Shown here in pieces: positions 1 through 10,400 of a stretch of 64,000 bases of DNA. Source of the DNA: an uncultured archaeon (lineage in GTDB: Archaea > Altiarchaeota > Altiarchaeia > IMC4 > SCGC-AAA252-I15); assembly GCA_902384455.1 (NCBI GenBank), contig CABMCB010000071.1:184196-248195 (forward strand). Direction: 5' to 3'. Under the pieces are notes generated by a model. That model saw only the letters and a list, made by a program, of their open reading frames with translations. It was not told where the DNA came from and ran no database searches. The number at the start of each line of letters is the position of its first letter. Position 1 is the stretch's first letter. The position numbers and the translations under genes were made by a program.

Positions 1-29
1 GCGGGATGACGAGCGGTTGCCATACGGGC

Positions 30-569
30 TCAGTCGATTACGGCGCCGTACTCCTTAACCATGTCGCGGGTGCGCTTAGCGGCCTTAGTCGCATCCTCAG
101 GGGTCTTGGCGCCCGTGATAATAATGCGTCCTGACCGGAATATTAGCATCACCGTCTTGGGTTTGTCGAGTCGGAAAACAAGGCCTGGAAACTGCTCCGG
201 CTCATACTCGGTATTCTCTGCTTCCATCGCCAAGACGTCCAGGTTCACTTTGACGTTCATTGACGCGGAAGCCACAATGTTTTGAATCTCAACAAGAGGC
301 GTCTCAGAAACGCGCATTCCAGCGCCCCTAAGCTTGGAAAGAAGCTGCTTTAGGGCGGCGTTTATGTCGTCGATGTTTCTGGCTCCGCTGCAGATGACTT
401 TGCCCGTGCGGAACACAAGCATAGCCACCTTAGGCTTCTGAAGCCTGTAAATAACCCCCGGAAACTTATTCGGGTTCTCAATCTCAGGCACGGCCTTAGT
501 CAGCTTCTCCAAGTCTATGTTGCGGTAAAGCGTGATAGACGAGACGATGTTTTCGATGTTGGGCTTCAT
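30..569 (-). CDS. tbp: TATA-box-binding protein
   Basis: Two TBP repeats (NIVSS/NIVAS, FPGVIYRL/YEPEQFPGLVFRL, LVFRTGKVICSGA/LIFRSGRIIITGA). Confidence 0.97.
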   Translation of the reverse strand: MKPNIENIVSSITLYRNIDLEKLTKAVPEIENPNKFPGVIYRLQKPKVAMLVFRTGKVICSGARNIDDINAALKQLLSKLRGAGMRVSETPLVEIQNIVASASMNVKVNLDVLAMEAENTEYEPEQFPGLVFRLDKPKTVMLIFRSGRIIITGAKTPEDATKAAKRTRDMVKEYGAVID

Positions 570-631
570 TGTCCTTTATAAATACGGTATGTTATAAACG
601 GGGGTCATTTAAATATATAATCCCCACCACG
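570..631. promoter_or_regulatory. Divergent promoter region between tbp and TPD-family gene
   Basis: AT-rich TATA-like boxes TTTATAAATA (~576) and TTTAAATATA (~608) in a 62-bp intergenic gap. Confidence 0.55.
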
Positions 632-1378
632 ATGGACCAAGCTGCTTACTCTGCGCTCTATAGCCGGCTTACGAAACCGGATGACTACGCCGAGTTGGCG
701 CGGGAATACCGCATCACCAAGGAGACGGTCCACGTCCTGCATTGCCAGAAAATAGTCCGCGAAGTAAAAAGCCGCCACTCCTACGTCATGCAAAAGGCCC
801 CGGAAATGCTCGAAAGGTGGAAGCGCGGGGAAACGTTCCTTAAATTGGCCCGCCACTTCGATTTTCCCCCCGCCTTAACCGCAAGCATAATACTTAGAAC
901 CGACGGATACAGCCGCGGCCATATACAGCAGATGATGAAGGAGCCCTCATCCATAGACAAGCCCCGCATTAGGAGGGAGCTGGAGGAGGCGCTGGAAAAC
1001 GAACTGGTTTACAGTCCCCAACGCCTGACGGAGCAGGTGGAGAGGGGAAAACGCACGGAAAACTACATAGCCCGCTGGCTAGACAAAAGAAACGCCCAAT
1101 ACACCACTGAAGCCCAAGCCAAAGAAGCCGGCCACCAAGGCAAAACACCCGACTTCCTACTTGCGCACCCCATAGACTTTCAGGGGAAAAAAATAAACTG
1201 GATTGAATGCAAAGGAAGCTTCGGCGACCCCAAAGAAATCCGCATCAACTACCGCAAGCAGCTAATGCACTACCTGGAGCTGTTCGGATACGGCGTCGTA
1301 CTATACTGGTACGGCGTAGTAGACGGACACCAAGTAAAAGACGTCGGCATATACGAGCCGTCAGCCTTCAGGGATTAA
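632..1378 (+). CDS. TPD-domain (C15orf41/CDIN1-like) PD-(D/E)XK nuclease-fold protein
   Basis: GKTPDFLL...INWIECKGSFG...QLMHYLELFGYGVVLYWYG motif; start reassigned to ATG 632. Confidence 0.85.
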   Translation: MDQAAYSALYSRLTKPDDYAELAREYRITKETVHVLHCQKIVREVKSRHSYVMQKAPEMLERWKRGETFLKLARHFDFPPALTASIILRTDGYSRGHIQQMMKEPSSIDKPRIRRELEEALENELVYSPQRLTEQVERGKRTENYIARWLDKRNAQYTTEAQAKEAGHQGKTPDFLLAHPIDFQGKKINWIECKGSFGDPKEIRINYRKQLMHYLELFGYGVVLYWYGVVDGHQVKDVGIYEPSAFRD

Positions 1379-1390
1379 GGAGGCGAAAAA

Positions 1391-3142
1391 ATGGCAGAAC
1401 CAACCGTCCTAGTCGGGCTTGCAGTCGTCATCGGCTCAGCCACACTACTCGCATACATAGCCCACCTTATGAAGCAGCCTCTCGTCCTCGCATACGTCTT
1501 CGCAGGGCTACTAATCGGTCCCGGAGGATTCGGAATCATATCAAACAGCGACACAGTATTCTCTTTCTCGGAACTAGGAATAGCATTCTTCCTATTCGTA
1601 ATCGGAATCCAAATCGACCTAAACAAAATCCGCGACATAGGATTCACAGTCGCAGCAGCAGGACTAACACAAATAATACTCACATTCCTGGCGGGATACG
1701 GCCTCTCCCTTTTTCTGGGTTTTTCTCACATCGTAAGCGTCTATTTGGGGCTTGTGATGACTTTCTCCAGCACTCTTGTCGTAGTTAAGATGCTGGCTGA
1801 AAAGGAGGAGTTGGATTCAATTCACGGCCGCATCGCTATTGGAATACTTCTTCTGCAGGACGTGGTCGCCATTATGGCGCTAGCAATCCTCAAGGACTAC
1901 TCTTCTGAGGGATTAAGCAGCGTGATACTGCAGCCGCTTGCGATGTCTGCCGGACTGCTTGTTCTTTCGGTGGCTGCAAGCAGGATGTTGCTTCCGCCTT
2001 TGATGCGGTTTTTCGCCCATAATCAGGAGCTTCTGTTTCTCTCGGCTCTCTCATGGTGCTTCCTTTTTTCATTGCTCGCCCATCAGATGGGGCTTTCCAT
2101 AGCAATCGGAAGCTACCTTGCGGGAGTGGGAATAGGCGGCCTACCCTACAACCTTGAGATTGCGGGGTTAATTCGGGGTTTGAGGGATTTTTTTGCGACT
2201 TTGTTTTTCGTGTCTTTGGGTATGCAGCTTTCTTTGGGCCACTTAAGCGGCGCTTTGCCTGCGATAATCCTCTTCTCCATTCTGGTGCTCATTATCAAGC
2301 CGCTTAGCACTGTCTGGGTTGTTACTTTGCTTGGGTACAAGAGCCGGACGTCGTTCTTCTCAAGCATATCCCTTGGTCAGGTCAGCGAGTTCAGCCTGAT
2401 ACTTGTTTCCACCGGCGTAGGATTGGGTGTATTAAGCCCCAGCATAAGCTCTCTTGTTGCGGCCGTGACGGTGTTCACAATAATTACTACGTCTTATGCT
2501 CTAAGGTACAAGGAGAAACTTTTTATTGGCGTTGCCCGTCCGCTCAAGACGCTGGAGGAGAAAGGCTTCCGCAACAGGGTGCCTGTTGGCATTCCAGTCC
2601 GCCATAAGGACCACATTGTTCTTGCGGGATGCAACCGCATGGGTTACTCCATACTTGAGACCCTCAAATCGCTGAGGCACGACTTCATAGTGGTAGACTT
2701 GGATCCCGACATAATCCAGGACCTGATGAACGAGGGCGTGCCATGCATCTACGGGGACATAAAGGATTCGGAGATAACAGAGCGCCTATACCTGAAGGAC
2801 GCAAGCATAATAATCTCTACCGTAACCCAAAAGGACGACAACATCCGCTTAATAGAGGAAGTAAGGAAGGCCAACCCTAAGGCGCTTGTAATAGTCACCG
2901 CGCTCAACGTGGACACTGCGTTGGGCTTCTATCGGTTCGGCGCCGACTACGTGATTCTGCCTAAGATGCTTGCGGGAGAGAAAGTCGCCGACATCATAGT
3001 GGAAAACGTCAGGAACCCCAAGCATCTTGGCGCATTAAGGGAGACTCACATTGTGGAACTGAAGTACATCAAGCGGCAGGAACTGCTGCGCAGATTCGAG
3101 CCCACTTCATTGCGGATAGCAGAACGCCGGCTGCCCCCATGA
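1391..3142 (+). CDS. Cation:proton antiporter (CPA2/Kef type) with C-terminal RCK/TrkA-N domain
   Basis: About 13 TM segments, SSTLVVVKML, LLLQD, LGQVSEFSLI; C-terminal GCNRMG and IYGD. Confidence 0.93.
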   Translation: MAEPTVLVGLAVVIGSATLLAYIAHLMKQPLVLAYVFAGLLIGPGGFGIISNSDTVFSFSELGIAFFLFVIGIQIDLNKIRDIGFTVAAAGLTQIILTFLAGYGLSLFLGFSHIVSVYLGLVMTFSSTLVVVKMLAEKEELDSIHGRIAIGILLLQDVVAIMALAILKDYSSEGLSSVILQPLAMSAGLLVLSVAASRMLLPPLMRFFAHNQELLFLSALSWCFLFSLLAHQMGLSIAIGSYLAGVGIGGLPYNLEIAGLIRGLRDFFATLFFVSLGMQLSLGHLSGALPAIILFSILVLIIKPLSTVWVVTLLGYKSRTSFFSSISLGQVSEFSLILVSTGVGLGVLSPSISSLVAAVTVFTIITTSYALRYKEKLFIGVARPLKTLEEKGFRNRVPVGIPVRHKDHIVLAGCNRMGYSILETLKSLRHDFIVVDLDPDIIQDLMNEGVPCIYGDIKDSEITERLYLKDASIIISTVTQKDDNIRLIEEVRKANPKALVIVTALNVDTALGFYRFGADYVILPKMLAGEKVADIIVENVRNPKHLGALRETHIVELKYIKRQELLRRFEPTSLRIAERRLPP

Positions 3143-3873
3143 GAAAACGCCCAAGCAACCCTGTTGAGGGCGCATACGCAGCGCTTCTTTCATATTACGG
3201 GCCTCAGGGCTGGTGGCCGCTTTATGACTCGCATAAGGGGTTTTTAGCGTATCACCCCGGAAACTATTTGATCCCTGGTTCGGAGTGCGGGCGCGTTGAG
3301 GTGGCGTTTGGGGCTGTGCTTGCTCAGAACACAAGCTGGATTAACGCGGAAAAAGCTCTCATCAACCTGATAACAAACGATTCCCTTTCCGTCGAATCAA
3401 TACTGCATCTGCCTGAAACTCGGCTCGCCATTTTTTTGCGTCCCGCAGGATACTACAACCAGAAAGCCAAGAAACTTAAGGCGCTATCCAAATTCATCAA
3501 AGAAGAAGGCAAAGGAAAATTAAGCCCTCTGAAAAAAATCCCCACTCAAAAACTCCGCGATAAAATGCTTAACGTATGGGGGTGCGGTCCTGAAACAGTC
3601 GATAGCATACTTCTTTACGCGCTAAACAAACCCTCATTTGTGGTGGACGCGTACACCCGCCGCATAAGCGCACGCATGGGTTGGACATCAGAAGACGCAA
3701 GCTACAACGACCTAAAGGAAAAATTCGAGACGAACCTCCCGCCCAAGGACGCCGAAATCTACAAGGAATACCACGCGCTCATAGTAGAACACGCAAAACG
3801 CCACTGCACAAAGACGCGGCCTAAATGCCAAAACTGCCCGCTGAAAGAAAAATGCGAGTACAATAACGCCTAA
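3139..3873 (+). CDS. HhH-GPD endonuclease III-related DNA glycosylase
   Basis: GAVLAQNTSW, RPAGYYNQKA, GCGPETVDSILLYA, VVDAYTRRI, C-terminal CX7CX2CX5C Fe-S motif. Confidence 0.9.
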   Translation: MRKRPSNPVEGAYAALLSYYGPQGWWPLYDSHKGFLAYHPGNYLIPGSECGRVEVAFGAVLAQNTSWINAEKALINLITNDSLSVESILHLPETRLAIFLRPAGYYNQKAKKLKALSKFIKEEGKGKLSPLKKIPTQKLRDKMLNVWGCGPETVDSILLYALNKPSFVVDAYTRRISARMGWTSEDASYNDLKEKFETNLPPKDAEIYKEYHALIVEHAKRHCTKTRPKCQNCPLKEKCEYNNA

Positions 3874-3875
3874 CT

Positions 3876-4184
3876 TCAGTCAGTCTCCTCTTCCTCAACG
3901 CCCTTAAGGCGGGAAACAAACTTCCTGTAGAAACCCCTAACGCCAGTCTTCGCAGGAGCAGGTCGCTCCTCGCCGTAAAACATCGGGCGGCTGACTTGGC
4001 TCTTCAAGTCCTCATCGATTAAGACCGACTTAGTCTGCACTCCAAGCTCCTGCTCCAAACTAGCAATCTCGGCGTCCACGGCCTTAAGCCTGCTGTGGAT
4101 TATTTCAAGGCGCGCCCTGCGCGAATTCTCCCTAAGCAACGAGGATTCTATGTAAGACTCACTCTGCCTGTTTGCTGCAGGCAT
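3876..4184 (-). CDS. Hypothetical coiled-coil protein
   Basis: ORF starting 1 bp after the upstream stop with a GAGG SD; heptad segment (LKAVDAEIASLEQEL). Confidence 0.6.
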   Translation of the reverse strand: MPAANRQSESYIESSLLRENSRRARLEIIHSRLKAVDAEIASLEQELGVQTKSVLIDEDLKSQVSRPMFYGEERPAPAKTGVRGFYRKFVSRLKGVEEEETD

Positions 4185-4185
4185 T

Positions 4186-6423
4186 TTAGCCTCTTTCGTC
4201 TTCTTTTTGCTGGGGATTCCTTTCTTCGTCGGCATCTTCGCCCTCCGTCAACGACTGACCTATCGATAACGATATGTGTTTCGGCCTTATATTAGCGTTT
4301 GCATGCGGCTTGCGCTCCTTGACGTGTTCCACGGCCTGCTCCACCTGCTCCTTCATGTGCATTACGTAAGGCTCCTCCCCTGCGTGTTCAAGATGCGATT
4401 CGCCTTCAGAGCCCTTGAAAGCCTTGTAAGAAAGTGACGTGACAGTAAGCATCGCAAGCCCCAGAATCCCAAGGACTACTGCGACTACTCCGACGCGGAT
4501 GCCCCAGTAAGTGATTAATGCGCGCCTATACGCCCAACGTATGCCGTCAACGGTAGCGCGGCCTTCCTCAACGCTTGCGATTCCTTTTTCGTCTCCCAGC
4601 GCTCTGTACGAAGTTTCCGCTCCGTCAAGAAGCGCGTACGCTTCGTCGTAGCTTTCGTTTCCTGCCGCGGAAACAGCGCGGGAAATGGATGTCTGAGCGT
4701 CTTTGCCCATGAGGGCGAGATTCTGGACTGCAAGAGCATCCTGACTTGTGTTCTCCATCTCAATGAACTGGTACGCGGAAACGGCCATCGCCGCCCACTC
4801 GCTCGCATTCAAGTAGTCTCCTGCGGCATAAGCCTCTCTTGCGTTGGCCAGATATATTCCTGCCCTCGGATAACTGCGGGCGTAATTGACAAGGTGTGTG
4901 GCCTGCGTTATTAACTGCATGTCGCCCAGCTTCTGATAAAGGTCCAATGCGGCCTGACCTGTTTTTTCGGCGTTGGCGTAGTCGTTTTGGTTGAGGTACG
5001 AGGCCGCCTCGTTGTACTTTGCGTCGGCGGTCATCCTGTCTGATATGCGGGTGAGCATCCGCCCGCTCTCAAGCAAACCCACGTTGTCTCCTGAATTCTT
5101 GAAGAAGTCGTTCGCTTGAGAAGCCAAATCCTTCGCCTTGGCGAAGCTCATGTTCCTGTAGGCGTCCTCAGACGCTCTCAGTAGCACAGTCGCCCTCTTC
5201 TGCTGCATGTAAGGCTTGGTGTCGAATCCGCGTACTCTCTGGTCCGTGCCGCTTGTGACGACATCCAAGTAACTGTCGCCGTTGAAGTCACCCGCCTTAA
5301 GTGCGGTTATGGGACTCATCTTGTCCGAACTCCATATTAAGCCGCCTGTTTTGTTTAGGATGCGAAGTCTGTCTGAGCCGACTATTACTTCCGGCGATCC
5401 GTCGCCTTCAACGTCAGCAAGAGCAATTCCTCCCACAGGCCCTGAACCAGCATAACCCCAAAGTCTGTTGCCGCTGCCGTCGAAAGCGTAAACCACGCTG
5501 CCTGCGGCGACAATATCCTTATTTCCGTCGCCGTTAAGGTCGACCAAAATAACCCCTTTGACTGAACCTGAAACATTAGCCTCAAACCTAAGGGAGCCGT
5601 CGTGGTTCAAAACGTCGATTTCATCCTGGAGGCCGGCCACAATCTCAGGTTGGCCGTCGCCGTCCAAGTCGCCTGCCTGCACAGTATACGAGCCCATGGA
5701 GGCCTGATACCTCCAAAGTATTCCTTTTACTGTGTCTATTGCGACTATGGGTGCGGGTCCGTTGTAAGTCAGGCTGCGGCTTCCTCCTGTGGGGTCGAGT
5801 CTTGTTGCCGAGTTCACTCCGTTCTTGACGAACCCCGCTATCACCTCGTCTTTTCCGTCGCCGTTGACGTCGGCGCTTGTGAAAGTCAGAGGTGCTTCGT
5901 ACATGGAAAACCCTATGGAGTTTATCCGCCCTCCGTTGTTGTCAACAATGAATACGCTGTTTCCGCTCAACCCCCCGGAAGTCCCAATCACCGATTCGGT
6001 CTTACCGTCCTTGTTAAAGTCCGCTGCATACAAACCGCGGCCGTCCGCGTATGTGGCGAAGCTCCATTTTTTGTCGCCTACTGAGTTGAATGCGTGGACG
6101 TATACTGGGGACCCCATGAGTATTGTCGCTTGGCCGTCGGGGTCGTTTGCGGCGAAGCTGTTGTACATTAGGCTGCCTATGAGTCTGCTCCACGCTAAGG
6201 AGCCGTTGGCTTCAAGTGCGTAGAATGTTCCTCCGCGGGTGGAGTCGACAAGAATCAGGGATCTGCCGTCGTACTGGTATGTGTTGATGTTTTTGTTGGC
6301 TTCTGAGAGGGCATAAACCCAAGTGGGCGTCAGAATCACGTCAGTCGATTTCGTAGCCGCAGCTGCGGCGTACGGAGTGAGCATTAAGGCGCACAAGACC
6401 GCCAGAAGAAGCAACTTATGCAT
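4186..6423 (-). CDS. Membrane-anchored FG-GAP/VCBS beta-propeller plus TPR-like helical protein
   Basis: Signal peptide, repeated D(F/V/L)(N/D)GDGxxE/D motifs, Ala-rich helical repeats, C-terminal TM helix. Confidence 0.85.
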   Translation of the reverse strand: MHKLLLLAVLCALMLTPYAAAAATKSTDVILTPTWVYALSEANKNINTYQYDGRSLILVDSTRGGTFYALEANGSLAWSRLIGSLMYNSFAANDPDGQATILMGSPVYVHAFNSVGDKKWSFATYADGRGLYAADFNKDGKTESVIGTSGGLSGNSVFIVDNNGGRINSIGFSMYEAPLTFTSADVNGDGKDEVIAGFVKNGVNSATRLDPTGGSRSLTYNGPAPIVAIDTVKGILWRYQASMGSYTVQAGDLDGDGQPEIVAGLQDEIDVLNHDGSLRFEANVSGSVKGVILVDLNGDGNKDIVAAGSVVYAFDGSGNRLWGYAGSGPVGGIALADVEGDGSPEVIVGSDRLRILNKTGGLIWSSDKMSPITALKAGDFNGDSYLDVVTSGTDQRVRGFDTKPYMQQKRATVLLRASEDAYRNMSFAKAKDLASQANDFFKNSGDNVGLLESGRMLTRISDRMTADAKYNEAASYLNQNDYANAEKTGQAALDLYQKLGDMQLITQATHLVNYARSYPRAGIYLANAREAYAAGDYLNASEWAAMAVSAYQFIEMENTSQDALAVQNLALMGKDAQTSISRAVSAAGNESYDEAYALLDGAETSYRALGDEKGIASVEEGRATVDGIRWAYRRALITYWGIRVGVVAVVLGILGLAMLTVTSLSYKAFKGSEGESHLEHAGEEPYVMHMKEQVEQAVEHVKERKPHANANIRPKHISLSIGQSLTEGEDADEERNPQQKEDERG

Positions 6424-6461
6424 CCTTACACCTTATAGGCCGACGACTTAAAATGTTCCAT

Positions 6462-7418
6462 CTATCCTGATATGGCTCGCGTGAATACGTAAGCAATCGC
6501 TGCGGTCGCAAGAGGCGTGGCGATCCAGCCGGCCGCTATCGCAAGCAGCATGCGCGCATTCACCGTCCTAATCCCCTTAGTAAGTCCCACGCCGATTATC
6601 CCCCCGACAAGAGTCTGGGTGGTGGAAACTGGGATGCCGCTTATTATGCACCCGTAAACGACTGCGGCGGCGGAAACCTGAGCTGAGAAAGCCGATGCAG
6701 GACTTAAAGGAGTAATCCTCTTGCCTACTGTGTCAGCCACACCACCCCCAATCAAGAACACTCCAACCCCCAAAGCAAAGGCCGCCGCAGCAACAGCAAG
6801 AACCTCATAACCCCCCACAGCAGAAACAAGCGGACCCACGGCGTTGCCCATGCTGTTTGCTCCCAAATTGTACGCGATAGCCATCGCACCCGCAAGAGTC
6901 AGGTACCTGAAGGCAACACTCTGGGCGGTAAAAGAGAGGGAATTAATTGCTGGCGTCAAAACCGCGCGGTAAACCACATAAGCCAAGAAACCCGATATGA
7001 ACGGAGTAACCACCCACGCAAAAGCAATAGTCCCCACAACACCCCAACTAACAGGCGCACCCAAAGCAAGTCCCGCCCCAACAGCCGCCCCAACAATCGC
7101 CTGACTGCTTGAAACAGGCAAAGAAAGCAAAGTAATCACAAACATGAAGACGGCGGCCGTCAAAACCGCCGCAAACGCCGCTTTCGCATGGCTGGAAAAA
7201 CCGCCCTCAAATATCCTACTTCCTATCGTCTGACTAGTATAATGACTTTGAAGCACGGCGCCAGCGAAAGCAAGCAAAACAACAACCACCGCAGCGCCGG
7301 TGAATCTGATGCCCTGACTCCCTATCAAAGTGCCGATAACATCGCCCGCATCATTCCCCCCAATAGTGAAAGCAAACAAAAAGGAGGCCAAAATAAGCAA
7401 AAGCAGTATTACTTCCAT
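6462..7418 (-). CDS. pit: Inorganic phosphate transporter (PiT family)
   Basis: GGNDAGD and GANSMGN signature motifs, LPVSSSQ, GIPVSTTQ. Confidence 0.92.
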   Translation of the reverse strand: MEVILLLLILASFLFAFTIGGNDAGDVIGTLIGSQGIRFTGAAVVVVLLAFAGAVLQSHYTSQTIGSRIFEGGFSSHAKAAFAAVLTAAVFMFVITLLSLPVSSSQAIVGAAVGAGLALGAPVSWGVVGTIAFAWVVTPFISGFLAYVVYRAVLTPAINSLSFTAQSVAFRYLTLAGAMAIAYNLGANSMGNAVGPLVSAVGGYEVLAVAAAAFALGVGVFLIGGGVADTVGKRITPLSPASAFSAQVSAAAVVYGCIISGIPVSTTQTLVGGIIGVGLTKGIRTVNARMLLAIAAGWIATPLATAAIAYVFTRAISG

Positions 7419-7426
7419 CGGCCAAA

Positions 7427-8095
7427 TTACGGCTTGTGCATCAGTATAATCAGGTTCAATGCGTCGCTTGCGTCCTCTGCGTCGTTGCTTATCGTACCAA
7501 GAAAGTCCGCGGTCTTAGTCAAAACTAAAATGTCTGTTGGCCCGTAAGCCCCCCTCCTGTATATAGTATGATAGAGCTTCACTTGTATGATGTCTATCTT
7601 ATGCTCCTCGTCGCGGACTTTCTGGATGAGCGCCTTAAGCTTTTCTGCGTCGTCCATCGAATGCACAGCCTCAGTCAGAGCGCGGGTGCACGAAAGAGTC
7701 GTATCCACAATCTCAGTCATCATGCCCCTTATCTCCTCGTTGATTCGAATGCCCACAAGATAATCCGTCATATTAGCAAAATCCTGAGCCGAATTAGCCA
7801 CAGTATCAAGCCTCTCGCAGAAATCAAAAATCCTGCCTCTGCTTATCGGCATGAAAGCGCCAGAATACATCGTCTCCTCAACCTGCCTGCGGATTACGTC
7901 GGCCTCGTGCTCTAAGACTCTGACTTTCTCGATTTCCTCATTGAGTCTTTTAGCGTCCTTCTTGTCAAGAGCGTCAAAAACCTGAGGCAGACGTTCGACG
8001 GTCTCAAGCACCTTGTCTGCGTGCTTCTTGATTAATTCGATAGTGTTCTTCTCCTGCTCCCTGCCGAAAAAAGGGATTATGTTAAAGAGGCCCAT
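7427..8095 (-). CDS. DUF47/TIGR00153 phosphate transport regulator (PhoU-like)
   Basis: LEHEADVIRR, EEHKID, SNDAEDASD; adjacent to pit. Confidence 0.9.
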   Translation of the reverse strand: MGLFNIIPFFGREQEKNTIELIKKHADKVLETVERLPQVFDALDKKDAKRLNEEIEKVRVLEHEADVIRRQVEETMYSGAFMPISRGRIFDFCERLDTVANSAQDFANMTDYLVGIRINEEIRGMMTEIVDTTLSCTRALTEAVHSMDDAEKLKALIQKVRDEEHKIDIIQVKLYHTIYRRGAYGPTDILVLTKTADFLGTISNDAEDASDALNLIILMHKP

Positions 8096-8154
8096 AAAGT
8101 CACCGTAAACTATCTTACATTGATGCGCTATTAAGTCGGCGGTTTAATCTGAAG

Positions 8155-10083
8155 CTACTGCGCAGGCGGATGCTCCCTCTTCCACTCCTCATACGCCAGC
8201 GCCAAAGACCGGAAGTATATGCTGTCGCCTGCATCCCTCAAAGTCTCTTCCATGAACATCCTACCAAGCCTCTCACCCAACCCCCTCATAACCCCACGGA
8301 CCATGGCAGGCCTGCTTAATGATTCCAGCGAAACTTCGCTTTCAGCAGACGACCCGAAGGGGTCTCCGTCTCCAACGTCAATGTTCGTGGAAGTCTCAAG
8401 GTAAGCGAATACTGCTGCAAAGACTCCTCTTGGCGTCTTAGGAGAAACGCTGCCGCTATCTACTATCCTCGCCTCAAAAGTTCCGAAATCGTAAGACTCG
8501 TATTGTGGGTCGTCACTTTCAACAAGCTGTGAGATTCTCAGGTTCCTCGGATGGGGGTCGTCAATCAATACTCCGTTGTTTCTCCTCCAAAACCGCACTA
8601 AACCTTCCATCACCACCTCCTGCACCCGCTCCCAAGCGGCAGGATCATGCTTACGCCTAAAAAGATCATCCTCCACTTCGTCAAAATGAGGGCCGAAAAT
8701 CTTCTCCTGAGTACGCAAAAAACTGCCGTCGTCAAGAACCCAAATGCCGCCGATTTTACCGACCAACGTCGAAGTGGGATTAAGGCTGTGTCCTGTGGTC
8801 TGGTGAATGTTAGAGTCAAGAAGAGTCGGATTCCTAGCCCATACAGAACGATGCTGCTGCGGACTTGAAAGCTTTACGGTAAAAACCGCAGGCTCCTCCA
8901 CCCCCTCCGGCCGCCTGCCCTCGCGGAAAGTAACTATCGCGTCAAACGCCTCCCTATAACCCCCCCTCACAGGAAGAGACTTAAACCTTATAGTAAGCAC
9001 ATCACTAGGATTCACGTCTGCGCCAAAAACCGAGTCAAAAGTCTGCTTCAAACAGGACGTCGTCTCAAAAACCCTTCTTACCCCCAAATCATGCCGACGC
9101 AAACCGCTGTCTTCGGCCACTGAGCCATACTCATAATAGATGTTTACGTCGGCGTTATCCACTCCAACAAAAACGTCCGGAACATCGGACGAAGGGAAAG
9201 AAAGACGGTAAACGCCCGCATCAGGTTTTCTTGAATCCCTGCCGGGAAGAGACAACACCATCTTATCCGACATTGAAAGAGGCATAATCTGAACCGCCTT
9301 GGACGCCTCCTCAGAACCAGAAGGCACAGCGTCAACCCTCACGGAACCCACAGAAGCATCCACTCCGTGAATAAACTTAACTGTCTTAGGGACAACATCC
9401 GTCCCAGAAAGCGCTCGCGCAAGAAAATCGCGGTCCTCCCCCCAAATTCCCTCGTCAAAAACAACATCAACATTCTGCGGAACACGCGAAACATACCTCA
9501 TAGAAGCAGCACGCAAAGCCATGTTCATCAACATGTGAACAGTCCTAGACTGCTGGATGTAATCCCCCGCATGAAGAAGAAACTCATTAGACGGCTCCAA
9601 CTCCCCAAAAGGGCGAACGACAAGATCCATGTCGCTCACATCCCCCGCTCTCCGCCTAAGCTCACCAAGCGAATCCAAAGCCCTATCACCCAAAAAAGGT
9701 CTGGCCTCATCAATATACCTGTCGTAAAAAACAGCCATAGTCCCTATAAGCCGCTGGTAATCCCCCGAATACCTAACCTCAACAGACCCGTCGGTCACTT
9801 CCCTGCGAACCTCCTCTTCCGGGACCTTTCGATGATTCGCCTGCCACCCAACGAAAACATTAACCTCATGGACCCTCCTGCGAGCCTCCTGATGTAAAAA
9901 CTCCTTGAAAACGTCGGCAGCATTCTCCCCACTCAAAAGTCCGCGGGACGCCTCCACAGACTCCAAGCCGTCAGGAACCTTCAACTTAACTTCAACCGCA
10001 TTTGAAGGACTAACCGGAGTCCCACCTGCGGTAACTTCGAAATAAGTCTTATCCCTAGTCCTGCCCGTGACTGGAATCATCAT
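8155..10083 (-). CDS. Hypothetical protein with C-terminal protein-kinase-like domain
   Basis: RGGYREAF (Gly loop), FTVKL (Lys), IDDPHPRNL (catalytic loop), IVDSG (DFG-like); start moved to ATG 10083 to avoid overlap. Confidence 0.6.
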   Translation of the reverse strand: MMIPVTGRTRDKTYFEVTAGGTPVSPSNAVEVKLKVPDGLESVEASRGLLSGENAADVFKEFLHQEARRRVHEVNVFVGWQANHRKVPEEEVRREVTDGSVEVRYSGDYQRLIGTMAVFYDRYIDEARPFLGDRALDSLGELRRRAGDVSDMDLVVRPFGELEPSNEFLLHAGDYIQQSRTVHMLMNMALRAASMRYVSRVPQNVDVVFDEGIWGEDRDFLARALSGTDVVPKTVKFIHGVDASVGSVRVDAVPSGSEEASKAVQIMPLSMSDKMVLSLPGRDSRKPDAGVYRLSFPSSDVPDVFVGVDNADVNIYYEYGSVAEDSGLRRHDLGVRRVFETTSCLKQTFDSVFGADVNPSDVLTIRFKSLPVRGGYREAFDAIVTFREGRRPEGVEEPAVFTVKLSSPQQHRSVWARNPTLLDSNIHQTTGHSLNPTSTLVGKIGGIWVLDDGSFLRTQEKIFGPHFDEVEDDLFRRKHDPAAWERVQEVVMEGLVRFWRRNNGVLIDDPHPRNLRISQLVESDDPQYESYDFGTFEARIVDSGSVSPKTPRGVFAAVFAYLETSTNIDVGDGDPFGSSAESEVSLESLSRPAMVRGVMRGLGERLGRMFMEETLRDAGDSIYFRSLALAYEEWKREHPPAQ

Positions 10084-10113
10084 ATAACATTTGGAAACCA
10101 AAGTAAAATCCAG

Positions 10114-10359
10114 ATGGAACCCCAAACAATAACCCTGCTCGGCATCACCCTAATACTTCTGGGATTCCTGCTCGCCTTCGCAGGAACCCTAATGTCCTCC
10201 CTCCACCAAACAAATCCAGGACCAAACGTACGCTCAGGCGGCGTAATATTTCTCGGCCCAATACCAATAATCTTCGGAACAGACAAAGGCGCAGCAACAT
10301 GGGCGGCTGCAATAGCCATGTTGATGCTTGCCGCATACTTTATCCTCCACAGCAGGTGA
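10114..10359 (+). CDS. TIGR00304/DUF131 family membrane protein
   Basis: SGGVIFLGPIPIIFGTDK signature between two TM helices. Confidence 0.9.
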   Translation: MEPQTITLLGITLILLGFLLAFAGTLMSSLHQTNPGPNVRSGGVIFLGPIPIIFGTDKGAATWAAAIAMLMLAAYFILHSR

Positions 10360-10400
10360 ACGCAGCGTTTTAACGCCTACATCCCTCATCAGTAACCGCA

